This document shows, in pieces, positions 19,201-28,200 of a stretch of 53,113 nt of DNA. Under the pieces are notes generated by a model. That model saw nothing but the letters and a program-made list of their open reading frames with translations, was not told the origin of the DNA and made no database searches. A program made the position numbers and the translations under genes. Position 1 is the stretch's first letter. Every line of letters starts with the position of its first letter. This stretch comes from Verrucomicrobiales bacterium (GTDB taxonomy: Bacteria > Verrucomicrobiota > Verrucomicrobiia > Verrucomicrobiales > V1-33). The stretch covers positions 1 to 53,113 of the forward strand of contig JANOAV010000117.1 of assembly GCA_031411295.1 (NCBI GenBank). Direction: 5' to 3'.

Positions 19201-22200
19201 GAGACAATGTAACTGTTAGCAGGGATACCTGCGACAGAGCCTGTAATCGTCTGTCCCACCACGAGTGGGGTCGTTCCTGTTATGGCACCCACCAATCCGG
19301 TTACCACATTGGTGTTAATCGTGGTAGCAGCGGTGGCTCCAAACGTCGGGTTCTGATCAGGGCGGAGCGCCAGCAGGCCGTTGCCGGCCTTGATGAGACC
19401 GCCTTCGCTGATTCCGGTTGGCACGGAACCGATCCGGGCAGAAATGGTTAGCCCAGTAGCCAGGACACCGTTTACCGCAGTCGGGGATGTGACATTGAGG
19501 GTGGAACCACCTGCGTTGGTAAATCCAATCGTGCCAGCAAAGCCACCGATCAGCGGGGTGGCAGTGGATGGATTGGTGTTGGTTGCGGTGATGGCAGTTG
19601 GTGCGGATAGATTGATGATGGAGGTCAATCGGGAGTTCGCACGGTCAATGTTGGAGTTGGCATTGGCACCAGCACCATCCAGGAAGGTGACCGATCCAAT
19701 GGTCTCGGTCACCCCGGCTAGGTCAACAAAGTTAAACCGTCCGCCACCTACCAGAGTGATGTTCGCATTGTTCTTAAGTTGGCCACCCACGTTCGCTTCC
19801 GTAACGGTGGCACCGTTGATGACGATGTCTCCAGGAACGGCCAAGGCAGTCTGGCTTGCCGCCAATTGATTCAGAGTCAGAGTGCCGCCATTGACATAAG
19901 TTTTCCCAGTGTAGGTGTTGCCGAAGGTAACGCGGAAATCAGCCCCAGCCGTGGTGGCAGCTTGGTTCAACGTGATGCTGACGCCAGGAATGATGGACTG
20001 AATGACGGTGCCCGCAGGGAAAACACTAGCCGTGCCACTGGTCACAGGATCACCCACTTCCATTCCGGTGGTGTTGCTCATCGTAATGGTAGTTCCCACA
20101 GGCACCGTGCCTGTAATCAGGGCGGAAGCAGCGAGATTCAGTCCTCCCCCACCGGCCTTCACCAAATCAATATTGCCAGTGATGGGGATGTTAATGCCGT
20201 TCTGGTTCTGGTTCACCCAATACATCAGTTCTCCGGTGCCGGAGGTGATGGAGTTTCCACGGGCATTGGCCGCAGCGCTGTGGCTGATGGTGACGTTGGC
20301 ATTGGAGATCAGACCGCCGGAAGCGACCGTAAGACCGACTCCGTCATTATAGGTGTTTGTAATATTCGCGCCTGGAGCCATCCGCCATGCGTTGATGCTC
20401 TTGGACGCAGTGAGCGTCCGGGCAGCACCGTCGTTGACGTTTTGCGTTGCGGTGGCGAGAGTAACATCACCAGATTCATAATTTGCATAGCCATCCTCCG
20501 TATTGCTGAGGGAGCTCAGGCCGGTGGTGGCGTTGTAAGTGGCAAAATGATCTCCATTGGCAATGATCCAAGTCGGCAGGATGTTGTTTGTCAGGGCCAG
20601 GGGCGAACCATTCACGTTGGTGATGAAATCGCGGATGGCACTGGTGTTGCTCCCAGCGGTTCCGAGGAAACCATAATTCTGGCCAAAGTTGATGACTGCA
20701 CCGGAGTTGGCGCTCCGGATCAAGTTCCCAATGTTCACTTCGTTGGCCCCGCCACCGCCCGCATTGCTGGAGATGGTGTTCTGTCCATGGCCGATGGTGA
20801 GCGCATTGATGGTCTGGCTGGCTACTTGCCCTGCCGCACCCGTGAGATTGATCGTGCCGCCGCGCAGGGTGACAGGCACCGTGGGAGCGATACGATTCGC
20901 CACATTGGATAAATAGGAGTTATCGAACTGGAGCGTGGCATTCTGCACTTCGACGCTGCTGGTCCCGCTCAACGCTCCTGAATCCCGCAGGGAAAGCGTG
21001 CCTGCACGCACCAGGGTGGTGCCAGTGTAGGGATTTCCGCTAGTCAGTAGGAGCGTATTGTTGGCATTTTTATCGATGGAGATGGCTCCACCGACAGTGC
21101 CCGAGAAGCGTCCACCGCCTGTTACAGTAATAGTAGCTGCGGTGGTGCTAGTCACGGTGCCGCCCATGCCAGGAAGCTCGTTGTTGTTGTTCAGCGTGTT
21201 AATCATCTGGCTGTTGCCATTCAGGTTCAACGTGCCACCATTGAGATAAAGGTTGTTGCTGCTGCTGGAACCATTGGTCTGGCGAATGCTGGAGAAACTA
21301 TTGTTGGCGCCAAGATTCACGGTGCCAGCATCGATTTGCAGCGTGCCACGGAAGGCGGTAAACGCTTCAGCGCCCACATTCAGCGTGCCCGCGCCAGTCT
21401 TGACGATGGCGTTGTCCGTGAATACCATGGCATTCAGGTTAAGGTCGCCCAAGGTGTGCAGGAACAGGGAGGCCCCGCCATTGGCTTGGAGGAAATTACG
21501 ATTTGATCCGACCGTCGCGCCATTGATGGTGGAGGCGGCACCGCTTTGGACAAAGATACCGCCGCTGTTGAGATGGAAGCGGCCCAGCGATTCCGTAAAT
21601 GGCAGGGCTCCTGTGATATTCAGAGTGCTGCCTGGGGTCATGGTCAGCGTTTGCACGCGGGTATCGCCCGTGGTGCTGACGGTGCCAGCCAGTTTCACGT
21701 TAAGTCCCACGCTCTGATTGTCCCGGAAATAGGAGGAATATTCGGAGGCAGCCAGATTGCGCATCCCGCCGCTGATGAACTGCATGTTCGTGGCCGCAGC
21801 CGTCGTGTTTGCAGTCAGAGTGACTTGCGTGGCGCTGTCCACAGTGAGAATGCGCGTTCCGTTAGGAACGAAGCCTTGGACCAGCATCCCGGCCACGAGG
21901 CCGGAGGTTTGCACACCAGTGAGCACAGCAGTGCCGCTGGTATTCGTGACTGGCAGGAGGACACCGTCCTCCGTCATGAAACCTTCTGGCACGCCATCGT
22001 TATTGGCATCACCCAAGTAGTCTGGCCGGGTGGCTGCCACAGCGGTTCCGGCGGAGCCGTAGCTGCCACCGGCTTGGATGCCGAAGCTTCCAATCGCATT
22101 GAAGTTGGGACTGGCAATCTGCACCAGTCCATTGGAATTCGTGGTGGTCCCCGGGGCGATGCCGCCGGAAATGCCACCAGCCGCCAGGTAAGTCATCGGA

Positions 22201-25200
22201 ACGTTGCCTGCGGTCGGGCTATTGATCACCCACGTGCCACTTCGCTGCTGAGCAATACCAGCACCTTGGAAATTCTCCGCCGAGTTGACCAGGATGGTCG
22301 TCTTGGCGGCCCCTGGCGTGATCTTCAGCGTGGTGTATCCCGTCACGCCTTGGAAGGAACCGAAGTTACCCGCACTGTTAAAGAGATTGGCCAAACGTTC
22401 CTCCACTGCGGTCGAGGCGTTACCAATCAAATTGAGCGTGCCGCCCATCGGCGTTAGATTCTTGTTCAACGCGTTGGCAACGAGCACGCTTCCACCCAGA
22501 CGATTGCTCAGGGCGGCGGCGGTGTTATCCAATTCAATGATGCCGCCTTTTTGCAGACGATTTTCGCTAAATGCAGTATTTCCCGTGCCGGAAAGGATCA
22601 GTTTGCCATTGGCCACCGCAGCGATGCCGGTCGAGTCACTGGAACCAGTGAGCGTCAGGCTGCCACTGCCGATCTTCCACAGGTTCGCCTGCTGGGCGTT
22701 GGCACTGCGGAAACGGATGTTGGAAGAGAAATCGGAGGTCGCGTTAATGCCAAGGTAAGCACCGCCTTGATTCGCGATGATTGAACCATCACCAGTGACG
22801 TGGCCGACGACTTCAGCAAAATTTGCGACATTGAGCAGGAGTGTGGAACCATTGCCAGGGTTGAATCCAGCGGCCCCAGCGGGCGCGACGTTAGTCACTG
22901 CTGCTGGCAATTCAATCGGAGTCGTGTCTGGGAAAGTATTGGCAGCAGCCAAGCTGAAAGCTGATCCATCTAACACCGACAGTTTTGCTCCGGCTCCAAA
23001 CACATTGCTCTGCGGACCGGTGAACTGGACAAGTCCGTTCTTGGGATTGCCATCGACGTAGCGCGACGATCCTATTGTGACGGTGGCACCAGCGGCCACG
23101 TCGAAATTTTCAGTAATATTTAGATTGGTCTGAGTGGTGGCCGCCAGCACGGCTCCGTCTTCCAGCGCAAAACGCCCGCGTCGATCGTTAATGGTGCGGT
23201 CCGACGAATCATTCGTGATCATCCCGCCATTACCAAATCTCAGTGTCATCGCCTCCACGGTCGGACTACCCGGGGCGACCACGATGAAGGGATTCACAGC
23301 ATCTGTGATATCGCGATTCGCATTGAAAATTTCCAGCACCGTCTGCTTACCGTTTGGTTCATTGTTGATGAACTGGTCGTGGCGGAACAGGCGGCCCGTC
23401 TCATAACGAATGATGGCACCGGGCTCATAGACAAACTGACCGGCATTGATGAGGCCGGAATTGCTGCCGAGGAAGGCTGCCACTGTTTGGATTTGGTGGA
23501 TGGAATCCGCCTTCAGCGTCCACGTGGCACTGCCCGTGGTGGAACCGATGCCTGACACATCATTATTCAACAGACGGCTATCTGCTTCGAATATGGCATT
23601 GGTATTGATGGGGCTAGGCACCGGGTAAGGCATCCCCTGCGGCATCCCGGCGGCCGCACCGATCGGCACAAAATTTCCTGGATCAATCGTGGATCCCGCC
23701 TGTGCCAGCAGACTGGCGCGGCTCATGCCCAGCGTGTCATAGCCAAAGGACTGGCTGTAGGTGGGCACCACATAGGAGCCGGGCATGGCTACGAAAGTCA
23801 GGTTCGATGGCAGCACCATTGGGGTGTCCTCCGTGAAGTCCACGCGTCCATCCAAGAAGGCATTGATCGCTCCACCGGAAAGGTTATTGATGGCATAACC
23901 GCCAGCAACCGTAGTGGAACCGATCGCATAAGTGATGTTGCCCCCCGTGCGATTGAGCCCCTGAATCGTAAAGTCACTGTTGGCGTTGATCGTGCCCTGA
24001 GCCCAGCCCGTGCCGACGGAGGAACCAAGCCCTTTCCAAGGAGTGCCTGCGCCGACCGTGATGGATTGGTTCAAGCCGCCTCCGCCACCCAGATTGAAAT
24101 ACAGATCAGCGTTGGTGCCAATATTGAGCGGCATACCAACATCCAGCACCCCGTTGGGAGCCGTCTGCACCCGGATGTGGGTGCCAGCGGCTATGATGAT
24201 CTGGCCGCCCGCAGTGATGGTATCGACCCGTGTTAGGCTGTTCAAGCCCTGACCGGGAGTGCCGTTGCCACCCGTGAGCATATTTCCTGGTCCCACCAGA
24301 GTGAAGCGGTCGCCAGCAGTAGTGTAAACGCCAGCGTTGTTTTGCAGGTAAAGTTCCGAGGAATCCGTAATCGTGAAGCCCTGCGTGCTGCTCGTGGTGC
24401 CTGCGGCACGCAGCTCGATGGCCGAACCCTTCACAGTCACAGGGCCTGTGCCCAAACTGCCAGCTACGATCGCATTGATACGGCCCTGATGCACGATGGT
24501 GCCGCCAGAGTAGGTATTTGCTGCACGCAACTCCAAGGTGCCGCCGCCCACCCCTTTGTGGACCATGACGGAACCGTTGTTGTCAGTGATGACAGATTCG
24601 ACTGCCAGGACGTTTTGATTTTGATGGAAGAAGAGTTCCTTGGCACCTGCAGCCGCTCCACTGAGCCCGGCGGTAATTTTCCCCCGGATGGCAGCGGTCC
24701 CGATGGCGCGCACCTGACTATTATTGTCACCGATGACCACGCCCTCACCCAAGAACAGCGTATCTGCTGCATTCGTGAACGCGAGTGTAGGTGTTCCCAA
24801 GTTCGTCACAAACCGCAGACCTGCCATTTGCTGATTGCCCGCTGCCAGCGTTAGGGTTTGAGCTGCGAGAGTTGGGGTAAACGTATACCGCGTTCCTACC
24901 ACAGGCGTGAGAGTGACGTTTGCCACGCTTGTGCTTGGCAAATCGACGATGCCTGTCAATCCCGTGACACTAACACCAGCGAAATTTGCGGCATTGGTCG
25001 TAGTAGCCCAAGGCAACGTGACGCCATTGGCGGTGGAAGCTGGAAGCGCGACTCCATTGAGCAGCAGAGGATTGATCCGGGCGTTATCGCCTGTAGGCGT
25101 TCCCAGCGTGCCAAGGCTTCCGGCAATGTGCAACACCCCGCCGCCGACCGCACGAGTGAGGTTCGTCAGATTCAACTGAGCGCCCGCCGTGCCAGTGCCA

Positions 25201-28200
25201 CCGCTTCTATTGATCTGGAGTTGATTCCGGCCCACGCCAAGGATTACATTGCCTACCGTTTCCTGTTCATTCGTAGCGACAGCGTCGTTTCCGATATAAA
25301 ACAGCGAGCCACCATTCAGGGTAATCGGAGCTGTATCCTTGATCCGGTCAGCATCCGAGGCTTCGGGGAACTGACGGGTTCCCAGCGCTCCGTTGTTGTG
25401 AATAATCAGCTCACCGCTCTGACCAATCGTCACGCTGTTAATGTTAGGTAAATCTCCACCGGCTCGAATCTGCACGCGCCCCCCATTGCTGCCAATCACG
25501 AGATCGCCCGAGAAATTCGAGCTGCTGAGCAGGATCAATTCACCGTAGCCCGTCTTGGTGAGCGTGCCGCTACCCGTGAGGGCATTAACGCCAGAAAGCG
25601 TTTGGAAATTACTGTTCAGAGAATGAGCCACGGTATCAATCGTCCCTCCGCCCGTGCCGATGGTGATGGTCCGCGCACCGCTGGCCAGCACGTTGCCAAC
25701 TTGGTGGAACAAGGCTCCAACCTTGTTGGCGTCATGCAAGGAACCAATCAATTGTAGCGTGCCGCCATTGCTGAGGGTTAAGCCGTTAGTAGCCGTTCCG
25801 AGTTGAGAATTATTGATCACCCGCAGGGAACTGCCCACCCCATCCACGGTGATGGCACCGGTAAATGTCTGCACTCCGCGGAGGTCCACGGTGCCAGGCT
25901 CATCAATTGTGAGCGCGTTGCTTCCCGTGAGCGGAGTGGTCAGGGTCAACGTGCCACCGCCACCGCCAAGACGATAACCGGAAGCTCCCGGCGTGATGGT
26001 TCCGCCATACGTGCGCAGGCCCACGGCTCCCAGGCTGAGCGTTGGGTCAGCGGTAAAATCAAGATTATTGGAGCTGTTCACGCCCAGCGCGAGCGCACCC
26101 GTGGAAGCCGCATTGATCTGGCCTAGCAACGCCTGATCCGCCGCATATCCGGCAATGACCGCTGTGGAGGTAGGAGCCGTGACATCCACACCCACTGGGT
26201 TGACGTTAAATTTGAACTGCCGATTCGCTGGAATCGTGGCAGCCCCAAAGCTCTGCGCCACATTGAAGCCCAAGGCACCTGCATTGTGGATCACATTTGC
26301 TGGAAGCGTGGCCCCAACATTATAGTTAAACGTCAACGTTCCCGCTCCTAGCTTGGAAATATTTGCCGTGGCACTTGGCGCTGCATTCAGCATGAGTTCG
26401 CCATTGGCTGCCGTCGTGATAACCGGGGCCGTAGCACCCGCTGTGAAGTTCAGGGTGCCGATCGTGCTGGTGCCACCAGCCACACGCAGACCGTTATTTA
26501 CGTCCACATTCACCGTCTCGCCTGACAAGTTGCTGCTGCCATTGAGCACCAACTGACCGGTGCTGGTAACAGTCGTCTCGTTGCCCGCACCGCCAGCGCC
26601 AAGGCTGCCGGAGTTGAGCAGCAACGTGCCGTTGGAGACCGCTGTGACGCCAGTAAATGTGCTGGCAGCTCCACCGAGCGCCAGTGTGCCCGTGCCAGTC
26701 TTATTCAGCCCGCCAGCGCCACCTAGGTTCACGTTGATGGCACCCGCAGTAAGCGTTGAAGCGCCAAGGTTGGCCACCGTCAAGGTGCCGCCACCCATGA
26801 TGCGACCGCCATTGCTGACCAAGGTGCCAATGGTGTCATTGTTTGCCCCCAGATCCAAGATCCCCTGGGTCATCGTGAGCGTGGCGGTATCAGCGATTTG
26901 GTTCGCCTGCACCAGGCGCACGTTGACCACGTCACCATTGGCATTTGCTACGTTGATCGTAAGATTTCCCGCAATGCTATTTCCCGAGGCATTCAAGCGC
27001 AGCAAGCCACCGGTAACGGTCGTCGTCCCAGTGTAATTGTTGGCGGCTTGAAATTCCACCACACCAGGACCAGCGATGTTTAAGCCAAGCCCGGCGGAGC
27101 TTTCGCTAATGCCTCCCGTAAAGATCAGGGGATTGCTTTGCACCGCCAGCGTTGGGGTTGCTGCCGTGATCGTGCCACTGGCAGCGCTGAGCCCGTTCAG
27201 CGTTTGGCTGGTAATGGTCAGCGTGCCATTGCCCAAACTCAGCGAGGAAGTCGTGGCATCATTCAGCAAATCCAACGTGCTGCCAGCCGTCATCGCCACC
27301 GCACCCAAATCAATGGCATTGAGCGACCCCGTGGTCACAGAACCTGCGTCCGCGCCTAACAGTTCATCCGCCGGAGCATCCGAACCAAGCCCGCCATTGT
27401 AAAGGACGCGGGCATAACCACCGCCAGTGCCATTTGTGTGTTTCACCACGATGCTGTGCGCCCCTGCGGAAAGCGGCACCGCAGTGCCAATGTTCGTGAG
27501 TGCCGAAACCACGCCCAGCGTGCCGATTTGCACTCCGTCAATGTAGAGCACCAGATTATCGTCATCGTTCCCCTTGAATTGGTAAGTCCCGGCCGTCGTA
27601 ATATTCAACAGGCCTTTCCACATCGCCCCATTACTGATCGCGCCCGCACCTGCCTGGGAATAGCCGGCAACAGGAATGATCGGCAACCCGCCGGAAGCCC
27701 CCGCCTGCGGCATATTCACGCCTGCGTCCGTGCGCGTAAAGGCTCGTGGATTTAAGTAAAGTGTATCGCTGACAAACTGCGTGCTGGCGATGCCGGGATT
27801 GGAGCCGAAATTATAATACGTGGCATTGAGTCCATTCACCCCAGCCGTGGAAGCAGTGCTCAGGGCGCCAATACGAAGCGTCCCGCCTGCGAGCCCGAAT
27901 CCACCGCCGCCAAGTGCCGACAAACTCGTTGGCAACACCGTCGCGTTTGTCCCTGCAATCACCTCACCCGTGTGGCCTGCGCGGCTGCCGGCCAAGGTCA
28001 GCGTAGCCGCCGAAGGAGCCGTGGCCGTTAAATTTCCCGCTCCAGTAATCGGGCCGCTGATTTTGAATGCGTTGGCCGTTGCAGTCGCTTGAAACTGACG
28101 CAGCGCTGCCGTGCCGCCACCCGTGCCAACATTGATCGTCCCCTGGAAATCATTATTCGTTCCCGAATTAGAGCTAATAATCCCACCGTTCGTGAGATTC

